A stretch of 39,463 nucleotides of DNA, taken from contig NC_057728.1 of assembly GCF_004010195.1 (NCBI RefSeq), forward strand, positions 54,748,496 through 54,787,958. Reading direction: 5' to 3'. A program made the translations under genes and the position numbers. Position 1 is the first letter of the stretch; every line of letters starts with the position of its first letter. The DNA comes from Chiloscyllium plagiosum. Taxonomy: Eukaryota. Shown in pieces: positions 24,501 to 36,500 of this stretch. The notes beneath the pieces are model-generated. The model saw nothing but the letters and a program-made list of their open reading frames with translations. It did no database searches and was not told where the DNA came from.

Positions 24501-27500
24501 TTGTTCTTGATTGACATAATTTTTAGCTTGGCGAAAGTGAAGACTGCAAATGCTGGAGATCAGAGTAAAGATTAGAGTGGTGCTGGAAAAGCACAGCAGG
24601 TCAGGCAGTATCCAAGGAGCAGGAAAATCATTCTTAAATGGCCTAACTTTAACTTAAAATGATAAGATCCTTATTCCAGACTGATGCACCATAGGAAATA
24701 GTTACTCTGTTATTAAATCCTTTTCAATATTTGAGTGGGTTTAATTCTCAAAACTCTAAACTCAACTGAACATAAACGAAGATGACTAAAAACAACCAAA
24801 TGCTGGAGATCACAGCGAGTCAGGCAGCATCCTGAGAGAGAGCAAACTAATGTTTTGAGTCTAGTTGACTCTTCATCAGAGCTGATGTGAATTGTGGAGG
24901 GGACAGCATTTATTCAGTGGTGGGGGAGGGAGTGAGCTGGACTGCTGGGGGAGAAAGGATGTTGATTGGAATGTAAAACTGACAGAACAATGGTGTGTCT
25001 AACTACCGGACTGGAAAGAACAGACAATCCCACTAGGGTGGGGGAAGGAGCAGAGAGAGGGTGACAGAGAATGTAATAAGAGATGCTAAAAGAAAGGGAA
25101 GGAATGGGTTCACAATCTGAAGGTATTGAACTCAATATTGAGCCCAGGAGGTTGTAAAGTGCCTCGTTTGAAGATGAGACATTATTCCTCCAGTTTGTGC
25201 TGTGATTCACCGGAACATGCCCAAGACAGACCAATGGACATGCGAGCAGGACGCTGTGTTAAAATGACTGGAAGGTCGGGGTCATGCTTGTACACGGACC
25301 GGAGGTATTCAGCAAAATGATCACCCAGTCTTCATTTGGTTTCTTCAATGTAGAGTTAGCCACATTGGGTGAAGCAAATGCAAAACACAAGATTGAAGGA
25401 GGTACAGGTGAAATGCTGCTTCACCTGGAAAGACAGTTTAGGTCCTTGGATGGTGAGCAGGGAGGAGGTAAAGGAGCATGTATTGCACATTCTGCAGTTA
25501 TATGGCAAGGTGACGTGGAAAGGGAAGGAGGTGTTGGTGGTTGTGAAATGGACTAGGCTGTCCCAGAAGGAACAACCCCTGTGAGATGCAGACAGGGGAG
25601 AGAGGGGAAGATGTGTTTGGTGGTGGCGTTCAGCTGAAGTTGGTGGAGAATGATCCTTTGAATGCAGAGGCCGGTGGGATGAGAAGTGAGAACAAGGGGG
25701 CACCGATCACACTGTTGTGACTGATGGGAAGGGGCAAGGGCAGAAGCACGGGTGATTGGTCGGATGCGGTTGAGGGACCTGTCAACACAGTTATACAGGG
25801 AATAAAACTGGTCCTTGAACCAATCATGAGTTTTCTAAAGCAAGGCAGTCAGGTTTAATTTACCTCCAACTGTACTGCAACCACTGGAACTATCATTAAA
25901 CATTTTTAAGCTGGAGAATTGAAACTTGATTCCAATCCAACAAACATATGACCATAAGAAATAAGAAAAGCATTAGAACCTTTGAGACTGCTCTGCATTA
26001 AATCACATGCCTGATCTTCTAACTAACTCCACTTTCACCCCAAATCTTTTAATCCCAAAACTGTACTGATTTTTATTCTCCATGTACTCAGTGATCGAGC
26101 ATTCACTGCTCTATAAACTGGCGAATTCCAAAGCTTCACAACTTTCTCAGCGAAAGATCAGTCAGAGCCCTATCCTGTCAAACCCTTTAGGAAATGTATG
26201 TGTGCCAATTACATTTTCTCTCAATTTACTGAAATGTTCCCTCAGCCTGCGATTGCACTGAAAATGGAGTCTGTGAAGATGGCATCAATGGCCAAGGGAT
26301 ATGTTTCTGCAACGAGGGCTGGACTGGAGATCGATGTGAAACACAGCTAGGTAAGGCATAGTGAGTGAGCTGCACTGTGGATTGTAAGTAAATCTGTGCA
26401 CCACCAGCTCTCGTTAAATTGTAACTGCCCAGTTCTCCTTTGAAATAGTCCACTTTGAGGGAGCAAGCCGGGCCTCTGTTTATATCTCATCTGAAGGACA
26501 GCATCTTACCAATGCACTACTCCCCCCGGACTGCTCTGGGAGTTTTAGTCCAGAGTTTTGTCTTTTGAGGAGGTGACCAAGCATGTGGATGAGGGTAGAG
26601 CAGTGGATGTCGTATACATGGATTTTAGTAAGGCATTTGATAAGGTTCCCCATGGTAGGCTTATGCGGAAAGTCAGGAGGCATGGGATAGAGGGAAATTT
26701 GGCCAGTTGGATAGAAAACTGGCTAACCGGTCAAAGTCAGAGAGTGGTGGTAGATGGTAAATATTCAGCCTGGAGCCCAGTTACAAGTGGAGTTCCGCAG
26801 CAATCAGTTCTAGGTCCTCTGCTGTTTGTAATTTTTATTAATGACTTAGATGAGGGAGTCGAAGGGTGGGTCAGTAAATTTGCAGATGATACGAAAATNN
26901 NNNNNNNNNNNNNNNNNNNNNNNNNNNNNNNNNNNNNNNNNNNNNNNNNNNNNNNNNNNNNNNNNNNNNNNNNNNNNNNNNNNNNNNNNNNNNNNNNNNN
27001 NNNNNNNNNNNNNNNNNNNNNNNNNNNNNNNNNNNNNNNNNNNNNNNNNNNNNNNNNNNNNNNNNNNNNNNNNNNNNNNNNNNNNNNNNNNNNNNNNNNN
27101 NNNNNNNNNNNNNNNNNNNNNNNNNNNNNNNNNNNNNNNNNNNNNNNNNNNNNNNNNNNNNNNNNNNNNNNNNNNNNNNNNNNNNNNNNNNNNNNNNNNN
27201 NNNNNNNNNNNNNNNNNNNNNNNNNNNNNNNNNNNNNNNNNNNNNNNNNNNNNNNNNNNNNNNNNNNNNNNNNNNNNNNNNNNNNNNNNNNNNNNNNNNN
27301 NNNNNNNNNNNNNNNNNNNNNNNNNNNNNNNNNNNNNNNNNNNNNNNNNNNNNNNNNNNNNNNNNNNNNNNNNNNNNNNNNNNNNNNNNNNNNNNNNNNN
27401 NNNNNNNNNNNNNNNNNNNNNNNNNNNNNNNNNNNNNNNNNNNNNNNNNNNNNNNNNNNNNNNNNNNNNNNNNNNNNNNNNNNNNNNNNNNNNNNNNNNN

Positions 27501-30500
27501 NNNNNNNNNNNNNNNNNNNNNNNNNNNNNNNNNNNNNNNNNNNNNNNNNNNNNNNNNNNNNNNNNNNNNNNNNNNNNNNNNNNNNNNNNNNNNNNNNNNN
27601 NNNNNNNNNNNNNNNNNNNNNNNNNNNNNNNNNNNNNNNNNNNNNNNNNNNNNNNNNNNNNNNNNNNNNNNNNNNNNNNNNNNNNNNNNNNNNNNNNNNN
27701 NNNNNNNNNNNNNNNNNNNNNNNNNNNNNNNNNNNNNNNNNNNNNNNNNNNNNNNNNNNNNNNNNNNNNNNNNNNNNNNNNNNNNNNNNNNNNNNNNNNN
27801 NNNNNNNNNNNNNNNNNNNNNNNNNNNGCTGCCTGTGGGAGTGGCAGAGTCAGAATCATTGGCGCACTTTAAGTGGCAATTGGATAGGTATATGGGTGGG
27901 TGCTTAAGCTAGGACAAATGTTCGGCACAACATCGTGGGCCGAAGGGCCTGTTCTGTGCTGTATTGTTCTATGTTCTATGTTCTATGGTGTTGAACATGC
28001 CCCTTGTGAGACAGAGTTGAGAAAGCTATCAGTTGAGACATGGTGGAAAAGTCTCCACACCTGCATTGTGCCCGTGCCTGAACTGAATTTGCTTTTTAGT
28101 GGAAAATATTTCCTCGCCTATTCTCAAGCTGGTCTTGATCCTACAAAAAAAATGTTGTCCCCCTTTATGCCTTACGTCATCCATGTAACGAACAAACTCT
28201 AATGACTGTAAGACTTTGGATTTTTAGAGCATGAAAGCTTTAATTTGATAATTGGTTTGTTATTCTGCTCTGTTCCTTACTACTATTTATTCTGCTTGCA
28301 ATGATTGTAAAATTTGTCTCATCTGGACCCGTGGCCATGATGCAAGTTGATCTTTAGGTAAATAAATCTTTGAATTGACAATTTGAAATTGGGAACTCGC
28401 CAACCAACCAGCAGCTCTCTCAGCAGTTTAACTGGAAACGGTTATCTTTATTTATCCTCCAATGGGATGTGGTCATATCATTTGTCCTCCATTTCTAATT
28501 GCCTTTGTACTGAATGGCTTGATATTTCAGAGTGTCACTGAGAGACAACCAGAATGCTGTGCCTCTGACTCACATGCAAATTAGCCCTGAGTTTATTTCC
28601 CAAGTTTTATTCATTGGATGTTGGCAGCGTGAGCTAGGCCATCATTTATTGTTCATCTCTGATTGGACAATGGCAATTAGGAGTCAACTGCGTTGCTGTG
28701 GGTCTGGAGTTGTGCGTAGGCCAAAGTTTATTCATCATCAAAGGAACAGGAGAATCGACGATTCGGGCATAAAAACGTCGATTCTCCTGTTCCTTTGATG
28801 CTGCTTGACCTGCTGCACTTTTCCAGCAACACATTTTTAAGCTCTGATCTCCAGCATCTGCAGTCCTCACTTTCTCAAAGTTTATTCATGTCCATTATAG
28901 AAAGAAATATCAAATTTTTACAACAAACAGTGGTTACATGGTCAGATGTTATCCCAATTGCAATTGATTTCCCTCCAAAGAGACAAATAGATATGTTTTT
29001 AAATAACAATTGATGATTAGTTTCTTCGTTATCTTTACTGAGACTAGCTTTCGATTCCAAATTCCAACTACTGTGGTCTGACCTGAACTCGTGCCCCCAG
29101 AACATTCATCTTGATCATTAGTCCTGTGACATGACCACATACCATCACCCCCAAGTTGAACTGTACAATGGTGGGAGAGTCCAAAATTAAAGGTGACAGG
29201 TTTAAGTGAAAGGGGCCTGAGGGAAACCTTTTCATGCAGAGGGCGGTGCTTGTATTGTTATGAAGGTGTAAGGGGTACCGTACCTTTAAGATTGTTAAAA
29301 GCTAGCAGAATGACCTGACAGCACCAAGTGTTCTGAATAAAATATAATGTGACGTGTGGTCCAGCAGCTAGGGTAGATGGTTGCCTGGAGACAAAAACAA
29401 ACTTGAATTAGGCCAATCAGTTTAAATTATGCCCCCTCCCAAAAAAAAACCAAACTCCAATCAAGTTTGAATTTAGTATATTGACAATATTAAAAGCCAA
29501 TGACACAATCCGATGCTTTGGGGTTATAAGACCGGGAAAACTTGAACAGTTGGGGAAGAACTGCCAATTGACCAACAGATATAGGCTGCTAGTCAGAACT
29601 CTCTGGGAGGTATCTGTCTAGAGAAGGAGTTTACACAGAAAAAAACATTAACATCAACCTGGAGAGCAAACCTGCAAAGAGAAGATTTGACAGCTGGCTG
29701 GTTTTGAAATTTGGATTTTTCAGTAAATCTTAAACAAGGAGTTTTATCGGACTAGTATTATGGAAGGGAAAGTAAAAGATAGGCTAGAGGAAGGACTTAT
29801 AAATAGTTGTTAGTTAATTATTCTCTGTTATACTTTAAGAAATAAAGTGGATAATTTTTACTTTAAAAAGTTCTTGGCCTCTCGAATTTTCACAGATTAT
29901 TGCACGGGATAAATCTTCTGTGTTTCTGATCTAAATTAAGCAGGAGGGTTTACCCCATGACGTAACAGTATGGAGGAGATGATGGAGGCTGGTACAATTA
30001 TAACATTTAAAAGGGAATTAGATGGGTAAATGAATAGAAAGGGTTTAGAGGGATATGGGACTAGATCAGTTTAGGATATCTTGTCAGCATGGACGAGTTG
30101 GACCGAAGGGTCTGTTTCAATGCTGTATAGCTCTATGACTCTAATTGATCTTATCGTTCTAACAGTGACATCATTTCACCTTATGTTAGCCACACTATGT
30201 AAGGATTGTCATTTTTGCTGTTGGTATTCAATTGTGTGTCTCACCTGTCCTTCTCATCTATTCTTCTCCCCTTCATTCTTTGACCCTCTCATCCCCCACT
30301 GCAAATTGGCACAACTCTTGGACCGACTACTTCATTGACCAAAGATGGCCTCTTGCTTGGCTGTCTCTGGGATGTCACAGACTTTCAGCCAGAATTAGCA
30401 AGGGCCATACCAAATCTCCATGGTTAGTTAGCAGTATGGTATTGTCATGTTATTAAAATGGTTCTCTTCATTTGTTGGGCAGCCACGAAGCCAGTGTGTT

Positions 30501-33500
30501 CACCTCCTTGCTCTAAAGATGCAATCTGCAAGAGCAACAACACGTGCGAGTGTAAACTGTACTACGAAGGTGATGGAAGGACTTGTGACGGTGCGTTAAG
30601 GTGTTCTTTTTGCATTTCCAGCAGGGGTATGCATATATGTAGTGTCGTGAGCGAATTACTATAAAAAGGCCTAAGAAAGCAGCTAACATAAGAGGGAACA
30701 TAAGAACTGGGTGGATTTAGCTGTGATAACCTAACTCTCATTTAAATAAGGTCTTGGCTGAGCTTCACACTCTGTGTAACCCAATAACCCTCTCACACCA
30801 TCAATTAGAACTCTTTTTGCTTTTACCCTAATGAATGGTTTAGTCACCTCTACAGGCCACATGTACAGTTTCATAGGATCCCTACTGTGTGGAAACAGGC
30901 CATTCGGCCCAACAAATGCACACCAACTCTCCAAAGAATAACCCACCCAAACCCATTCCCCTACCCTATATTTACCGCTGACTCAGGCACCTAACCTACA
31001 CATCCCTGGACACTATGGGCAACTTAGCATGGCCAATCCTCCTAACTTGCACATCTTTGGACTGTGGGAGGAAACCCACGTAGACACAGGGAGAATGTGC
31101 AAACTCCATAAAGACAGTCGCCCAAGGCTGGAATTGAACCTGGGTCCCTGGCGCAGTGAGGCTAACCACTGAGCCACCATAGTTTGACTCCATGTTCCAA
31201 TCAGATTCATCTCAAGCTCATGACAGTGATGAGTTCTGAGATTTCTGATTCAGGATTAACCAACCAAGGAGAAACAGAGTTCAGCCAACCAACATGTAGC
31301 TACTAAATATTGAGTTGTCTGGATTTTCTGGGCTACGTTTGACCAGCCTGTGGATTGCTATCCTGAGTATGGTACATGTGGATGTTGAGCTCCCCACAGG
31401 TTTCAACTCCAGACTCTGAGGTTTTTGAGTCAGCTCTTCAATCACAGAAGTCTCTTTGTTAAGTATGAGTTGATTCATTCAGGTTCCAGCAAAATAAAAA
31501 CATAGAAAATTAGCTTTGTTTGGTATATAAACATGATTAGTGATCTCCTGCAAGATTGTTCGGGTATGTCATGAAACACATTTCTGAAGCCATCACATCC
31601 AAGATGGAATTTGCACCCTGCCCTATTGGTCCAGAGGTGGGGACACTTCACACAGCACCACACGACCCTTCAATATTACTGTATTTTTAGATGTGTAAGA
31701 CCATACAACCTCGAAGCAGAAGTAGACCATTCAACCCTTCGAGCCTGCTCTGCCACTCAGTGAGATCATGGCTGATCTGATAACCCTCAACTCCACCTTT
31801 CTGCTTTTCCCTGTTGTCCTTGATTCTTTTACAAATTAAAAATCTGTCTATTTCAGCCTTGAATATGCTTAATGACCAAACCCTGGCACCCCTCTGCGAT
31901 ATCCACTATCCTCTGAGATAACAAATTCCTCTTCTCCGTCTTGGATATGTATTCCCTTATTCCGAGATTATGCCCTCCAGTCCTGGACTGTCCCACAAGG
32001 GGAAACAACACACTGCATCTACCCTGTCAAGTCCTCTAAGTCCCACATTATATATTTCAATAAGGTCACCACTCATTCTCCTAGATTCCAATGAATACAG
32101 GCCCAACCTACTCAATCTCTCCATGTAAGAAAACCCCTCCATACCCAGGATCAGCTTAATGAACCTTCTCTGGACTTCCTCTAATGCCAGAATATTTTTC
32201 TGGAGATGAGGTCCCCAAAACTGTTCACAGTATTCCAGTGTGGGTTGACTAGACTTCCTTTTTTTAATGTTCTATTTCCTACCTACCCTATTTTTATACT
32301 GCATAACCCATCAGTATACAGGACATTAATGAGGCCTGAAATTACTGGCCAGCTCCTTTCTCGGGCTGGACAATTTTATCCCAACCCATGAAGTACTTGT
32401 TGAATAACTACTGTATCATGTACATCTGTTGGAATATTGGGAAAGAATCAAAGGATTGGGAAAGTTTAATCAGGTCCTAGTTTGGGATTGTCCAATGTGA
32501 GTATAAAGAGGAACCTCAATTATTCAAAGGACATGGGTGGGGAATATTTCGTTCAGTTAATCGAAGGTCGGATAGTCGAATGGTGGATAACATAGTTTAG
32601 CCAAGCATCGGGACCTTGCGATCTTGTTCAGATAATCCAATCTTCGGATAATCGAGGTTCCTCTGTAGTTGATGGAGACACAGTGCTAATAGGGATGTTA
32701 ATCTCTAGGCTCAACTAATCCATGACTATCAGCATAAAAGTACTTAGTACTTATTCTGAAATATAATTGCATTTGATATTTGTTTTCTTTGACCTTCCTG
32801 TATTTTAAGAAATGATTTAACCCAATGTTTTGTTTGATTGTGGAATTGCTAGAAAGGCCAGTGTTTCTTGTCAAATTCTCAACATCCACTACCAGCTCTC
32901 TTTAGGCTTCAATTTAGACTGGAATGGAGTGACCCCTTCCCCCAAGGTCAAACTCAGGCCACGCCCATATCTGATTGTCTAGCTTGGCCCACAGCCATTG
33001 ATTTTAGCGCCTTGTGGCAGACCTTTTCCCAGCCCACCCCAAGGAAGGAGCTGGCCAATCTGCTCTTCCTTTAGCCCTGTGTGGGATGTGGGCATTGTCA
33101 ACAGCGCCAGCATTTGTTGCTGTTGAACTGATTGGCTGTTTAGTACGTTACAGAAAACAGTTAAGGGTCAACTATGTTGCAGTGAGACTGAAGTCACCTG
33201 TAGGCCAGACAGGGTAAAGATGGTAGATTCCCTTCCATGAAGGGCATGAATGAACTGGATGGATTTTGACAACAGTTGGCACAAGGTCACCATTAGACTA
33301 CTTTTCTTTAATTCCAAACCTTTTTTTTTCCAATTGATCTCAAATTTCATCATGGTGGGTTTGGAACCCATAACCCCGGACAATTAACCTCGGGCTCTGG
33401 ATTACTAGGCCAGTGATATTAACATAGCAACCACCATCCCCTCATCAAATGGTTGGTAGTTCTCTGTCCCCAGGGCGCCACCAGCAGTGGTGACCACTGC

Positions 33501-36500
33501 TGGAACTGCAGCTTCCAGTCAATGGGCTGTGGTGGAGTTCAGGTTTACATTAGATCCATGTGATAAACCCCTGTGAGGCAGGAGTGCTTAAGGACTGGAG
33601 TGGACAGGACCTGGGGACATGTATAGGCCCTAAAAGGAGATGCACCCCTAGCCCAGCTACCAGTCCCCACCAGGTTTCACTCACAAGGGGTGCTGGAGAC
33701 TTGAATGTTGGCCCCCACCCCCCGAACAAATTCCAGAGGAGGTAAAAGGAGGATCAAATGGGGCAGTAACTGACCACTTGAACACCTCAATTGATTTATG
33801 CTGCTGCCTCTGTACCATTTGTAACTTGCAGCAGAAGCAAAAGGTAGTGTGAAGGCAGCTAGAATGGCATGGTGCCCAATTTTATTCCCTTACATCATTG
33901 CCCTACAGAGCTGTAAAACTCTGGCCTTTGTTAATGTCTGCTTAGTTTGCTTCTGTTTATTCAAGGCGAGGAGAAATAGCGGTAGCCATTACAAAAGCAA
34001 AGTACCTCTGGTACCAGAGGTCTTGAAGTAAAAACAGAAATTGCTGGCAGCAACTGTGGAGAGTGAAGCAGAGTTCACGTTTGAGTCCAGTGTGACCCCT
34101 GTTTGGAGCTCGTCCGAAGAAGGGTGATATTGGACTCAAAGCATAAACTCTGTTTCTCTCTCCACAGATGCTGCCAGACCTGCTAAGTTTCTCCTACTTT
34201 TTATTTTAAGCAGTAGCTATTAATCTTCCGAGTATGTACACATGGGAGCAGCTATTGGCGCTGGATGTGGGCTGGGAGTGGTAAGACTGAGGAGGTCAGT
34301 AAATTCTCTCAATGGAATGTAATGATATATATGTCCTGTTTTCAATCTTCCCAACTGACATGGAATCGGTTCATGGGTATTTGACACTGATCTGGAGCAT
34401 GTCTGGAGCAGTGAATTTTGTCCTGTCTGCCAGGATAATAGTTTGCTATTTGCCACATTCTCTGATACTGTTGGGTTTATTTTGAATGTGTGATAGCGCA
34501 AACATAATCGATCAGCTCGCCAGGGAAATACATTACGGCAATATCAATTAATGGTCTATATGAAATGGACACTGTCACATTTTGACTCAATATGTTTCAT
34601 GTTTTGCAATGCAGTTGCCGATCAGTGTGCCCAGGATAATGGCGGCTGTTCAGAATTCGCCAAGTGCTCTCAAAATGGGGTGAAAGTCCAATGCAGCTGT
34701 GAGAAGGAATATTCTGGAGATGGCTACACGTGTGATCCAATAGACCCGTGTGCAGACGGGATCAATGGAGGCTGTCATGAGCATGCCATCTGCACAGTGA
34801 CGGGAGCAGTAAGTGAAAACATCTTCTCCTTGAATTCTTTGCAGTTCTTACCCATGGTGCCATGCCCTCTACCACAGATGACGCAGGAGGTGGGTCCCCA
34901 AATCCAACTCAGCTGGAGCAGCGATCAACCCCCACGCTGTTGGAACCAATCTGATCCATGCCAACTGATTCTCCCGATCCAACCAGGAATCCAGGTTGCT
35001 ATGGCAACAAATATTTTGACATGCATTTTGTAGCCTGGGGCTATGGACAGTGATAGTAGAGGCACCACATCATCGCACAGCTGACCAGGCATCTCTCCCA
35101 CTCTTACTGCTTCCCACTGGCATGTGTCAGGAGGATTTACAAACTTATACTTGGTCTACTCGGTTCATTAGGAGCAAATTGGGCATCAAACCCTGGACAG
35201 AGACTTGAACCTGTGGTGCCTGGCTTAGAGACAAGGATGTTACCTATTGAGTCACAAGAGCTCCAAGTAAAATTATTCCTGGGTAAAATTCAACAATGAA
35301 GTTTAACAGCCAGAGTGTACATAGCAAAGGCATCTAAGTCATATGTTATGATGGGCTATAAAGTACTGGTACTTATCGCAGGGCTTTAACTTCTAATGTA
35401 ACAGACTGGACCTTCCAAGCACTAAACAATGCTGAATCCAAGCGTGTCATGGCGTGGCACATTAGCGGTTTTCTTAGACTTGAAAGCTTCTTCTCCCAAA
35501 TTCTCAACCTCATCTAACTGTTAGGAGGAGGGCATAGGAACATCAGCATCATCTACAAGTGTCCCCTCCAAGTCACACACCATCCTGCCTGGACAGTGAC
35601 CGGTCCCTTCATGGTCTTCGATTAAAATCAAGGGAAGACATATATGGGCACACCCACACACATGGGCACACATGCACACACCTTATAGAAAGATTAAGGT
35701 CATCACATTGTCACCCAATAATGTTGACCTGGGGCAACTCAGCCAGGATCTTGATGAATGGCAAAGCAGGCTTGAGGGACTGAATGGCCTGATCTTGCTC
35801 CTAGTTTGTAAATTCTTATGTACAATCAATCATACCTGAGAAGCTTGTGCCTGGGAGGTGGATATATGTAGCAGGGGCACATTAACGATCTGTTCCTTTT
35901 GACCCTGTGAGATTAGAGGTTAACTTTTTTTATTTGGAGAAATTATGGAAGGAGACATTAGCAAGAATTTTAAGTTTAATCTTTACAGCAGTATAATGGA
36001 CAGTGTTTAGCATTGCTGCCTCACAGAGTCAGGGACCTGGGTTCAATTCCAGCGTTGGTAATTGCCTGCATGGAGTTTGCACGTTCTCTGTCTGTGTGGG
36101 TTTGCTCTGGGTGCTCCACTTTCCTCCTACAGTCCAAAGATGTGCCGGGTAGGTGGATTGGCCCNNNNNNNNNNNNNNNNNNNNNNNNNNNNNNNNNNNN
36201 NNNNNNNNNNNNNNNNNNNNNNNNNNNNNNNNNNNNNNNNNNNNNNNNNNNNNNNNNNNNNNNNNNNNNNNNNNNNNNNNNNNNNNNNNNNNNNNNNNNN
36301 NNNNNNNNNNNNNNNNNNNNNNNNNNNNNNNNNNNNNNNNNNNNNNNNNNNNNNNNNNNNNNNNNNNNNNNNNNNNNNNNNNNNNNNNNNNNNNNNNNNN
36401 NNNNNNNNNNNNNNNNNNNNNNNNNNNNNNNNNNNNNNNNNNNNNNNNNNNNNNNNNNNNNNNNNNNNNNNNNNNNNNNNNNNNNNNNNNNNNNNNNNNN

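Noticed and set aside
26558..27907. Long ORFs of 337-449 aa in the track, and similar ones at 36013-36862
   Set aside because: Lengths are artefacts of reading through N gaps; only the CR1 RT part at 26558-26898 is real coding-derived sequence.
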